DNA of 63,354 nt, counting the filler, from Folioceros fuciformis (lineage: Eukaryota), in assembly GCA_049999805.1 (NCBI GenBank). It is 17 parts of 17 records of this genome, joined end to end, with 100 filler letters (N's around TTAATTAATTAA, not from the genome) between each part and the next. Parts side by side here need not be neighbours in the genome. Positions count along the whole stretch, not along the records: positions 1 to 2,695 come from JBNGIO010000265.1; positions 2,796 to 4,859 come from JBNGIO010000266.1; positions 4,960 to 6,980 come from JBNGIO010000267.1; positions 7,081 to 10,558 come from JBNGIO010000269.1; positions 10,659 to 13,295 come from JBNGIO010000270.1; 12 more parts are not named here. The stretch is one strand, 5' to 3'. A program made the position numbers and the translations under genes. This document shows, one piece after another, positions 1 through 11,027 of this stretch. The first letter of the stretch is position 1, and each line of letters begins with the position of its first letter. The notes under the pieces were generated by a model, which saw only the letters and a program-made list of their open reading frames with translations, was not told where the DNA came from and did not search any database.

Positions 1-2488
1 TGCTGCACCTGAGGTAGACGTACTTCCCAATCTCCCCATTCTCATCCCCCTCTTGGAATGGAAGCCCCAAATACTTGTGGGTAGAGCCTTGCGTCACTCG
101 CTTGATGTGATGGATACATTGAGGAGGCTCTCCATCCAAGTGAAGACACATCATGCGCGTCTTACTCCAATTCACCTTGCAGCTAGATAGTTCACCAAAA
201 ACCTGGACCTGTTGGAGCAACGCTTTCAATGATGCCTTCTCAGCCGAAGAAAAAAGAAGAGTATCATCTGCAAATGTGGAGACCCTCAGTTGCGTTCCGT
301 CAGGGTTCCGAATACCCACCACTGTCGGGTCTTGCTTGATTGCTCTGAGAAAGAAGTCAGTGACGATGATAAATAAGAACGAAGCAAGAGGGCAACCCTG
401 ATGTATCGACCGAGAGATGCCAAAGCATTTTGTAAAAGACCCATTAACAGCCACTTTGGCTCCTGCGTCTTCAGTCAAAATGACTATCCATCTACAGAAA
501 TTATTGCCAAACCCGAAGCTACGCAAGCATCGCCACAAGAAATGCCATTCAACAAAATCATAAGCCTTGTAAAAGTCAAGGGAAATGAAAACGGTGGCTT
601 TCTCTAGTACCTGAGTGTTGTACTTCGCTTCCCTCAGCAGTAGTAAATTGTCTAGAATGCACCTATTCTAAATGAACCCTCGCTGCTCCTTCTCAATCCA
701 ATCATCAAGGAAGGGTGTAATTCGGTTAGCCGTACCTTAGCAATCACCTTGTACGTGGTAGTGAGCAAGGTAATCGGGCGCCAATTGGAGATTGATACAT
801 TGGCGTCTTGCTTAGGGAGTAGGGAGATAACCCCCATGTTGAACCACCTCCCCATACTACCTTCTTCCCAAAACATACTGACTGCTTCCATGAATAACAA
901 CTGCACAAAATCCCACCCCCAAAGCAAGAACTCGGGAGGGATACCATCAAGTCCTGGGGATTTGTCCCTCGGCATCCCCTTCAGGACCTGGAGCACCTCA
1001 TCAGCAGTTATCGGCTTATCCAAAGCCTTGTGCTGATCATCCGACACTTTAGCTGAAAGCGCACCATAAGAAGAAGACCAAAGCCTTTCCCACCCTGCTA
1101 CCTTCCCAACGCTAGAAAATATGCCAACAAAGAAGAGGGTAATAAGAGTTTTTAAACCTTCGAGCGATTCTTGCACCACGCCACGTGCGTCAGGGAGGGC
1201 AGGAATCCGTGTTCGATGTCGGTTGGAGGCCACCTTGTTGAAGAAAAATTTAGAGGGGCCGTCCCCCTCCCTCACTCACTTGACCTTGGCCCGCTTAAAC
1301 CAACCTCTAGCCCTGTCTTCTTCCAACTTGGCCAAAGCACATTGCACCTCCGTTTTCCTGGCCTCTTTCGCACTAGTGAGCTCCCGGTCCTTGCTGCTCC
1401 TCTATAACCAACACAAATCCTCCCTCAAAAAACGTTCTTGCTGACGTTGTTCTCTTGTTCGTTGAACCCCTAGCCTCCTCAAATACCTAGTCGCCTCGTT
1501 GTTAGCATATATCAATTTGACCGCCGCATTTTCCTCCCCCTGCTCAACTCCTTGCCAGATGGTTTTGATATCATCAAAAAACACCTTTTTCCTTCAGTAA
1601 GGATGTGTTCATCCGAAAGTTTTGCATATGCCTCCTTGGACGCTCAACCTTCGGGGCAAGCCTTAAGTGCAAGCTAATGGGGTGGTGATCGGAGAGTATT
1701 GTACCAGCGAGAATACTGTATGATTGTACAAAGCCCAACCACCCTGCAAGTATATAAAACCTGTCCAACCTACGCGCACCCAAATTCTATTGTTGTTGAT
1801 TGGACCAGCTGAAACACAAGGGCTGTGGTTGGCGATGAGTCGGGAGGGACACCCAAGGATCCTACACAGCCAGGACCGTGTCTCTCAACTCCTGCCAAGA
1901 CATAGGCACTGCCCGAATATCACCTGGGCTACCCCCTTGGATGTCCTCGCGGCGTTCAACAAAGTTGAAGTCGCCAGCCAGCATCCACGGAATCTGCTCA
2001 TCAAGCTGATCCCCTAGCCTGCACCAAAGCATACTCTTGTCGATGGCAGCATTAGGCGCGTAAATATTGTACATTCCAACTGGGCCTTGAGGAGTTTGCA
2101 ACACCTACCACACAAACCTCCCCTCCTCATCTTGCCCCGATTCCAGGATGTTCTGAGTTTGCTCTGGATGGATTGTAATGGACACTCCCCCGCGGGTTGC
2201 CAAAGATCGTTGGGAGGACCTTTCTTTATCACTTGTAGCCTCTGCTCTTGCTGCTGCCCATTCTGTTCGACCAGGAAGAAAGATCTTCTTCACTCTCTGG
2301 ATATGTTCCAAAGACAGTTTGTGCTCTTGCAAGCACACAACATCCCATGTGACTTCATCTTGTAGCAGGTTCTTTAGTCATCGACACTTCGACGCCGTCT
2401 TCGACCAACCTCCCAGACCCCTCACATTCCAGGAAATGATCCACAGCTGAGACCCCCTCTCATAATTCTTTAGAGTGTCGATACCCAT
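1..2488 (-). mobile_element. L1-clade LINE ORF2 (AP endonuclease + reverse transcriptase), disrupted by stops and frameshifts
   Basis: Minus-strand endonuclease motifs IISWNVRGL, CLQEHKL, NIYAPN, LAGDFN, RLDRFY and SDHHPI. RT motifs KSPGLDG, NWRPITLL, LDFYKAYD, QGCPLA and FADD (~260-275). Confidence 0.92.
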
Positions 2489-2695
2489 TTAGTGGGACTT
2501 GCTTGAGAGACGCCGGACAGCAGAGGGCTTAGTCATCCAAGCCCCCAACACTGACTTGGGCTGCGCCAAATGGTCCTTTGCTTTGAGCTCAAGGGACAAC
2601 CTTTGAAGCCTTTCAGATTTCCGCACAGCGGGGGCTTTCCTCCTGTCCTGACCAACTAAGAATCCCTCGACATCACCCACTGCCATGCTTGGACT
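2489..2695 (-). pseudogene. Probable 3' end of LINE ORF1
   Basis: Open frame ending in TAA (2491-2489) directly before the ORF2 ATG (2488). Basic C-terminus with no diagnostic domain visible. Confidence 0.5.
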
Positions 2696-2795
2696 NNNNN
2701 NNNNNNNNNNNNNNNNNNNNNNNNNNNNNNNNNNNNNNNTTAATTAATTAANNNNNNNNNNNNNNNNNNNNNNNNNNNNNNNNNNNNNNNNNNNN
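2696..2795. other. Artificial contig linker (44N-TTAATTAATTAA-44N), first of 16
   Basis: Identical 100-bp spacers start at 2696, 4860, 6981, 10559, 13296, 16275, 18190, 20344, 23488, 30886, 33364, 42838, 44981, 46603, 49929 and 61329. The 12-mer gives stop codons in all six frames. Confidence 0.98.
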
Positions 2796-2979
2796 GAGCT
2801 GGAGGGGAGCCCTCGAATCCATCATCGAGTTGATCAAGTCCGACCCTCCATCCACAGCAGCAAGGAACCCCATCGCTCCTTCGTGGGAACGAAACCCACT
2901 GTCTCAACGACAGTGGGATAAGTGTGGCCACTAAAGGTGGAACCCGTTGGCAATCAGTGCCCGGGGTTTTGCCTCCACA
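2796..2979. repeat. LTR terminus family A, copy 1 (ends ...GGTTTTGCCTCCACA)
   Basis: Highly similar to 10844-11027 and ~43015-43198. Similarity stops sharply at CA and the three flanks differ. Confidence 0.8.
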
Positions 2980-3452
2980 TAGATGTCAGTGATTTGCTTC
3001 CAAGCTTCAACAGATGTGAACACACCATCCTTGTGATGTAAGGTAACCTCGTCGAGGCTAGAGATCAACATTTACATAGCCTGTCGATCTTGACGAACCC
3101 AAGCATCAATGGCAGCCGGATTAGCGGAGGGCTTGGGAATGGTTCCTTCCACAATGGGGAGAAGATCCTGAGTGTTGAGCGTAGTCTTCATGCGCTTTGA
3201 CCACACCTCAAACTTCGTACCGTTAAATCTATCCTTTTCCTTGAAGTCAGTATTGATATTAACGATGTTGACGTAAGGTTGAAGTGGGGGAATACCAACT
3301 TGGGTCGGAGGCGGTGGGTTGCCTGCTGGGCCACCAGAAGGTGGTGGGTTGATGGTTTGCCCACCGGGAGGTGGTGTGGGTGGTGATGGGGGTCTGGATC
3401 CTGGCCTTGGAGACCTAAGAAGCCCCGACCCAAAGGTAGAAGCGCCTAACAT
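2980..3452 (-). mobile_element. Ty1/copia gag N-terminal fragment, cut by an LTR family A insertion
   Basis: Pro-rich start, then DRFNGTKFEVWSKRMKTTL...DLLPIVEG...AWVRQDRQAM*MLISSL...EAWKQITDI, typical of copia gag. Confidence 0.85.
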
Positions 3453-5224
3453 CTCTTGTGGATTTTAAACCAAAGCGTAAGCCAACGATACATTATGACA
3501 CAACGCCGAGAGTACGAGTGAAAGAAGAATCATAAGAGATTATGTAATAAAAGTATTACCCTTCGTCTTTTAGAATCCACCCACCACAGTTATTTCCTCC
3601 CTTGCTTCAAGTGATCTAAAGGAGAAGAGGAGGAGGCTCGGTGACTTCAGCCCTCTCAGAACTAGCAATCCCTTGAAATTCTTGAGTTTGGGTAGCCAAG
3701 TGGAGAAGATCTTCGTTGGCGTTGGCCACTTATTTCCAGAGAGCAAGAAGTCTGGCAGGCCATGTAGGTGGATCGAATGAACCAAGAGAGTCTCTAGACG
3801 AAGCATAAATTTCTTCAATGGATTTCCAGTGAGGATGCACCCGCATTGCCAAAACACGATGAGGAGGAGGCAAAGGATCGGCCTCGATCTTCACAGGTGC
3901 AAGGTTGAGTCCTTCTCCAGTCGAAGTCGTAGGAAAAACAGAGGTAAGTCCTTGCTGTGCCGGAAAATCGCCATGAAGGGGTGCCAACAAGTGTGAAGAG
4001 GCACAAAATGGAATCGGTTTGGAGCCCGTGCCAAAATCAGCCGCATTCACATTGGTGCGTGGATAAAACGAACCCACCTGCACGAAACGACGAGTTAAGA
4101 TGTCGTTTCGGGGTGTCGCACCGATTTGGGGGTCGCGCACCAATTCGCAGGTGCGTGCACCTCCCTGCGTGCAGGGTGACCGCCCTGGGCGCAGTGCTCC
4201 ACCGCGACCACAATGGCGACAGCACGCTCCTCGCTGAGTGCGTGCAGCCTCGCCCACTCTTGATGGTGGTCTGGCGTCAGTGCGCCCCAAAAAATTCCTT
4301 CCTCCTGTACAGGATTCAAACCAGATTGAGCTCCTGGCTTGCCGATTTGCCCGTGCACCTGAGCAGAAGCAAATCCACCATCATCCGAACAAATCCTCAT
4401 AGATCCTCGTCCTTCAGGATTAGAGAGGAGAGAATTATTGATTGTCTGCTCCTCAGGAAGTGGCAGAAGGCTCCAAGACGCCCAGGGGACATGAGCATCT
4501 TCTGAAAAACCGTGTTGAAGACAATCAACTGTTGGGCTTGATCTTGGGGTGCAACTGCAGGCACGGTTCCGATTGTGGCCAAGTGCTCGGGTCCTTATGA
4601 TAAGGTGGAGGTCCTCTCCAAAATTAGATCATGATTTGAAGCAAAATGGCCAGAATCCTCCCCAACAAAGATGCCAGAGAAAAGCTGGAGCTCTCTTGCC
4701 ACAGATTGCACCAACCTTGGTACGATTCGATGGGCAGCAATTGGGGTTGATCCAAGGCGAGTTCGCCTAGGCAATCGTGCATGAAGAAGACGGGGAGATC
4801 GAACAGTCTGGTGCCGTCTTCTGGCCATGATCGGGCTGGAATGTCGTGCGCGACGAATTNNNNNNNNNNNNNNNNNNNNNNNNNNNNNNNNNNNNNNNNN
4901 NNNTTAATTAATTAANNNNNNNNNNNNNNNNNNNNNNNNNNNNNNNNNNNNNNNNNNNNCCTGCGGCTGGGGCGCTTGCGGGGCCCTCTCTATGCTTGGG
5001 CCCTGGGATGGCCTGGCGCTGCTACTTCATGGCGCGCCACGCTGCGGGATGGTGCGGCAGTGCCATCTCACTACCCCGCTCCCGCTCTGTGCCGCTACTG
5101 CTGCCGCTTCTATGGCCTGCGCACGGCGGGGATGGAGCCCCTTCCACCCCAGGATGCCGCATACAGATTCACCCCAGTGCCTTCCTCACGGAGCACCTAC
5201 AACTATCACCCTTGCTCCAACCTT

Positions 5225-5525
5225 GCTCGGATACTAGTTAAAGGATCGCTAGAGGAGCTGCATGGTGAAGGAGGAGAGGAGGAGGCAAGGAGGAGAGGAG
5301 AAAGAGAGGTCATACTCTCAGTGTCTCAATAGCAAGGGAGCTCAAGGGGGTATTTATACTCTCTAGAAGAGCTCCCTATGAAGCTTCACAAGAAGTGTTC
5401 AGGAAGCTGCGCAAGAAGCTTCCTACAGATTAGCTTAAGCTAATCTAAACAAATGATACTTAATTAGACACTAATCTTAGACTAAACACATTAGTCTAAT
5501 CACATTGGGTTTTAATAACCCTACA
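5225..5525 (-). mobile_element. LTR family B 5' LTR (5239-5525) with degenerate tRNA-iMet PBS (5225-5236)
   Basis: Homologous to 28805-29070. Starts TGTAGGG on the minus strand, contains TATAAATA, and is followed by TAGTATCCGAGC (consensus TGGTATCAGAGC). Confidence 0.85.
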
Positions 5526-5885
5526 AAGGGGACTAGCGGTGAGATAAATAGCTTCATCAAAGGCAACAATCTTGGCATACACAAGAGTCTTGGTATGTAT
5601 ATCAATCAACTTATAGGTCTTGTGCTCCTCTCCATATCTGATAAATATTGGGTTGGTGTAGATCAATTGCTATTAAACCATTACATTATCATTAAACATA
5701 TAAGCACACAGTATATGAAATGTTAATTGTACTTAAGTTATTACAAACAGACATGACATTTCACTAAGGGACGTAACCCTAATGAAAGGGGTAAGTAAAC
5801 TAATAATATCTATGTACACACACACTATAAATGCTGATATTACTAAGCCCTAATGAATTAGCACCTATTCTCATCGCTCCCACTT
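5526..5885 (-). mobile_element. Polypurine tract and start of a 3' LTR of another LTR element
   Basis: Minus-strand AAGTGGGAG (5885-5877) followed by TGAGAATAGG at 5873. AT-rich body. Shares AGCCCTAATGAAT with the solo LTR at 28346-28635. Confidence 0.55.
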
Positions 5886-7165
5886 GGTGATCATTACAGG
5901 TTGGTGAGTCTTCTCCTTCACGAGTAGCTTGTGGAGACTGAACTCAGCTGGGCTTCTTGCTTAAGTATGTACTCTGTGCAGCGTAAGCTCCCAATGGAGT
6001 AGGACATTGTGAAGGCAGCTCTCTCCAGGTTCATAGTTTAATAGTTCTTGTTTATGCCCCATGCCAAATAGTAGCTAGGCTTCTAGGGTGCAAGCTTAGA
6101 TCTCTTGCAACCATGATGTCTTCAAAATGTGACGAGAGCACACCTCTTGCAAAGCGGCGCACTTACCAGAGGGATTGCCTAGGGAGCTTCGCAGCACTAG
6201 AACAACTGCCTCTTTTCGCAGCGTGCCCAAGAAAACATCTACAACAACTACTAAGCTAGGTGTAAGAGGAGCAATCAGCACTGGGCGGCCACGAGGAAGA
6301 CCCTGAGGAACAACCAAGGCTGTTGTGGAACTGAGACGGCTGGGCGTGGCAAGCACATCCATTGCAGTAGCACCTTCGCCTCTAACTTGTTCAACTTCTT
6401 GCATCAGAATTGGTGAGCGCCTTAGCACGGCATCAACAGCAGCAATGGCCACGCCTCTACCTCAATCATGCATAGTTCCACCAACTAGAAGAATCAGGGT
6501 GCAAGGCACGTAGGCACAACTTGGTCAGTGGCCGCAGCACCTCGGGCTGAAACCCCTGCAACATCTATAGCCATGGGAGGTTTATCGAGGAGCACGACAT
6601 TGGAAATAACACACACTCTCAGGTGGCGATGGAGAGATGCAGGTACAACCGGGGTGAGTTTGAATATCAAGGTCCTAATCAGTGCCCTCCTATTCTGCCT
6701 AGCTTCCCGATTCCCTACGTTGTTATGTCCAAGACCAAGATTGTGACCCCTGGCAATTGGGAAACGCCCGGCAGCCCTCTCAGGTACAAATGCCCAGCAA
6801 CTAGGCTGGTGATGAAATGTGTAGAGGTGAAGCTATTCCGAGAATTCCATGGCCACATGATTAGCATCTACAATAAGTTTCCACACCTGTTTGTGTCTGT
6901 TATTTTGTTCATGAAAAAAAATAGTTGAAGCAAAAAATCTAATGTTTGGCTTCGTGTATGACCTGGAAAGGTCTTAACCTNNNNNNNNNNNNNNNNNNNN
7001 NNNNNNNNNNNNNNNNNNNNNNNNTTAATTAATTAANNNNNNNNNNNNNNNNNNNNNNNNNNNNNNNNNNNNNNNNNNNNTCCCCAGCTGATGGACGGGC
7101 TGAAAGCCTGAAAAGCACGATAAGAGCTACACTCCTGGGCTGGTCATACTTGCTGCATCCGGTTG

Positions 7166-7265
7166 GCACTCGGGACAATACCAAAGTTGCTCCGGTACAC
7201 TGGTAAGTGATGGCTGTAAGCCGAAAAATTGCAACCGTCACAAAGTAACATGAGGGCAGCATCAT
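7166..7265 (-). pseudogene. Frameshifted PHD-finger remnant
   Basis: Minus strand gives NDAALMLLCDGCN in one frame and FGLQPSLTSVPEQLWYCPEC in the next, matching PHD C4HC3 spacing with the His segment deleted. Confidence 0.75.
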
Positions 7266-7277
7266 TGTGGAGTGGTA

Positions 7278-7400
7278 CTTGCACCCAAGAACCACCAAGG
7301 GCCACACTTCCCCCTTATTATCGTCGTAGTACTAGGATTCGCTCCCAAGGGAGTGAACTAGTGTCAAGGTACCCCACAATCTCCCCCACACTACCCAAAT
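7278..7400 (+). repeat. LTR-like family C 5' end, diverged copy
   Basis: Core CCACAC...GTCGT(A/T)GTA...GGATTCGCTCCCAAGGGA.TGA is shared with 21153, 22048 and the minus-strand copy at 27560-27667. Confidence 0.65.
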
Positions 7401-8206
7401 CTAATCCTATCTATCAGCCGGCTCCTAGACCTAACCACCCTACAGCAAAAAGATCAGAACCCTGTCTTCAACACCAACCACAACCCCGGTTGAATGAGGA
7501 CTTAGCATCATCTTCAGCACTTTCAGCTCCGGGTATCAGCCGCCTCAGCAGCTAGGAGGAGGCCCTAGCCCTAGCCTCGACCTCCACTCTCAGACCTAAG
7601 TGCCAGCCACCTCAGCAGCTGATTGAGAACTTCAGCACCTAAGCTCCTCCTCCAGCACAACAACTCCAAACTCCAGCACTTCAAGTCTCTATCCCAGCAC
7701 TTCTCCAACACTTCAAATCTCTACTCTAGCACTTCAACTCTTCAACCCTTCACCTTCACGTCTCACTCCTGGATTTTGGAACACAGTAGCCCCTCACTTG
7801 CAGTCCTTGAGGCAAGGATGTGCAGACCCAGGCTGGATAGCCTCCTCGGCTCATAGCCCTGCAATTCGTCGCCTTGGAAACCCCTTAGGGACGTCAAGGT
7901 ACCCCAACCACCCAACCAGCATGCAAGAAAGGTTAGCCCCTGCGGATCTGGCCACCCAGATCTTAGCGATTTTGGGAGCCACCACATTCCCCTAGTGGAG
8001 TGGGGAATCAAGGCCGAGGCACATCTGCACACTGGGTTAAACCTCTAACCCAGCAGCCTGCACACAAGGTCAAGGGCGCTCTTCACCAAAAAAAGCCTCC
8101 TCCCTCAAGAACAGGCCTAGCCTCTTATACTCCCTTGGCCAGGAACCCCATGTCACCGCCTAACCAGTTCAGCACGCCTCAGACAGAACCCGCCACTCGT
8201 CAAAAC

Positions 8207-8316
8207 CCTAAACCTAACTCCGACCTAACTCTAACTCTAACCTAACCTAACTCTAACTCTGACCTAACCTAACTCTAACTCTGACCTAACCTAACTCTGA
8301 CCCAACCTAACTCCGA
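8207..8316. repeat. CCTAA/CTCTAA/CTCTGA minisatellite
   Basis: Tandem run of CCTAA, CTCTAA and CTC(T/C)GA subunits forming a unit of about 22 bp. Confidence 0.85.
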
Positions 8317-10658
8317 CGGTGGTGTCTAAAGGGCACCATTGGGTGCCCTTACCAAAATTGGCCAACCTCTCAAAGACTACCAAAATTGTTAGTGCCTCTC
8401 GACACTCTCTTCCTCTCTCTCCTCTGACCCTCTCCTTTCCCTCAAATCATCTGCAATTCTTTAGAGACCCTCTTCTTTCCCTCAGATCGTTCCCTCCATT
8501 CTGATGGCCAAGGCCCATGACCCGGTAGAGCTACCCATCTAGTGCCCATGAGTGGGTAAGCTTGGCACTGGAAGCGTCAACCCACCACCTCTGCCAACAT
8601 AACTATCACCGGCTTCTCACCCACTAGCAGCACGCTTGTACTAGATGTTCCGCCTACAAGCAGCCAGGCGTGCTACCCCTGGATGGTAAGCCAAATGCTA
8701 CTTATGTCATCTGGCTGACCACAGGGCAGGAGAGATGCATCACTCCTGACCCCGATACCTGGATGGGGCAGTTCGCAGGTCCCTCAGCTTTGTCTTCACG
8801 CATTCTCCTGGCGGTTGCGCCCCCACCTTCGTCCAGGCCACCGTAGCCTCCTTACTTGAAGCCAGACTCGAGCCGGAGTCAGACTCGAGTTGTTTCCACT
8901 CCACCTTGTCCCTACTCCTCGAATTCTAGCCCCACCCCCTTGATCCACTCTTTAGGGGTCTGGTGCCCGGCGGATGAGATTGGCCTCTCTTTCACCTCAG
9001 CCAGCCGCCGTCTGCTTGGATCCAACTCGGACACTGCTTGTGACCCTGCCCCGACTAGCCGTCAGCCAGGTTACTGATCTAACTCATTCAGTGCCGACCC
9101 CCATCCGAGCTAGCTAGCCATCCTGCTAAACACAGCCTAGGCCAGCCTGCACACGATTGCGGCCGGCCCATCTAGACAGGCCACCTGCCTTCCCTAGCTA
9201 TTGGGCCGCCTGCCTGCATAACCTGTCCAGAGGTCGCAAGCCGACCTTCCGTCTTCCAGGTCCGGCAGTTGCTAAGCCGCCTGCCAGCTTCCCGATCAGG
9301 CCCCAATCTCAACCAGCCTGGATTCACTTGCAGCCCGTGCTGGCTGCTCGTTTGCACCCGCCTGGTGGGTCCCTCTTCCCCCTTTTGCCCTGCGGCCAGC
9401 CTGCCCGCTGGATCCAGCCGGGACCTCGGCCCGGATCTGGCCCCTGATTCCACCACAGTCGCAAGAGCAGCTTCCTACCCCCGACTAATCTACCAGCCGT
9501 GATCCAGCCAGCACCGGACCTTCATACCATCTGACTGCCCGCCAGCCTGCTATTGGTCCGCCCGCTGGGCTGCCTGGCAATCCGGCCAGCGCCCACCTTT
9601 GATCCACCTGGACGACTGGACCGCCTAGCTTGCCTGGATTCCGCAGACAACCCGCATGCTAGCCGACCTCCTGCCTGCTAGGATTCGCCTGCGCCCCTAC
9701 CTGGCCGATTCCTCCCAGCCACCAGCCATCAGGCGGCAGCCTGGCTGCCTTGCGATCCGGCCATTTGCCAGGCCGCCTGCCAGCCACCCGTCTTGCCTAC
9801 ATGGCTACTTGCCTAGACCCAGCCCCTGCCAGGTCGCCTGCAAGGCCTGGCGGCTCCTTAGTAGCTGGCCACTGCTAGGCCAGCCACCTGCTTGGCTGCC
9901 TGGCGGCCGGCCTCTAGCGCCCAGCCAGCCCTCCTACCTTGCTCCGTCTCGACCAGCAGCCAACAAGCCGGCCGGCAGGACGGCGTGTCTTCTTGGCTGC
10001 CTGCTTACACCGGTGTCGGCCCGCCGATTGCGCCAGTGTCGAACCACCTGCCCCTCAGCCACCAGCCACTACTCCACTCCAACCCCACGCCTGGAGACCT
10101 GCACCCCTGCGCCCAATCGTCTAAAACTGGCTCTGACCTTGTCGCACAAATCCAACAGCTTGGCTGGCCTTCCCGTCTCGACCCAACCCGCATGGCCCAT
10201 CCTTGACCAGCCGGCCGGTTTGCTTGCTGGCTGGATCTGGCCGCAAGGCAGCTGGACTCGACGGCCAGGCCCCTACCATCCTGCCGCCAATGCAACCAGC
10301 TAGTCAGCCCAGCTAGTCGCACCGCCGGGCCGCTGCTGGCTCCAAGCCTCGGCCAGGCAGCCAGCCTAGCTACCCGCCGTAGGCCTCCCTCCTACTACCC
10401 TACCCGGAGCCATCTTGTGGTCACCCCGGCCTGTTGCTTCCAGCCGAGGCTTGCAACCACCGATCAGCCGGCCTATTAGGAGCCCCACAGCCGCAGGTCA
10501 GCCCACCTGCCGACTAGGATCCGGCCAAGCCTGGCCCTGCTCCTGGCCTATCCAACTGNNNNNNNNNNNNNNNNNNNNNNNNNNNNNNNNNNNNNNNNNN
10601 NNTTAATTAATTAANNNNNNNNNNNNNNNNNNNNNNNNNNNNNNNNNNNNNNNNNNNN

Positions 10659-11027
10659 GTGGTGTCGTTGCTGGTTGCTAGTAGTTGCTGGTGTTGGTGT
10701 TGGAGTGAGAGAGTGAGTGAAGTGTGTGAGGGAAGTCGCAGATCTGAGAGGTTAGAGTCGTTGTAGTGACTGGAGTGAGTTTGTGGGCACCGAGAGAGGT
10801 GCAGCTGACTGCTGAACAGCGAGGCCTATCCTACGCCTGATTGGAGCTGGAGGGGAGCCCTCGAATCCATCATCAAGTCGATCAAGTCCGACCCTCCATC
10901 CACAGTAGCAAGGAACCCCATCGCTCCTTCGTGGGAACGAGACCCAATGTCCCAACGACAGTGGGATAAGTGTGGCCACTACAGGTGAAACCCGTTGGCA
11001 ATCAGTGCCCGGGGTTTTGCCTCCACA
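10659..11027. repeat. LTR terminus family A, copy 2
   Basis: Matches 2796-2979 and 42938-43198. Ends CCTCCACA. Confidence 0.8.

Noticed and set aside
2740-2751. TTAATTAATTAA palindrome repeated 16 times
   Set aside because: Always centred in 44+44 Ns, so it is a synthetic six-frame-stop linker and not biology.
8856-10558. Many overlapping Pro/Ala/Arg-rich ORFs
   Set aside because: GC-rich, CCAG/GCC low-complexity sequence that is naturally short of stop codons. No domain is recognisable.
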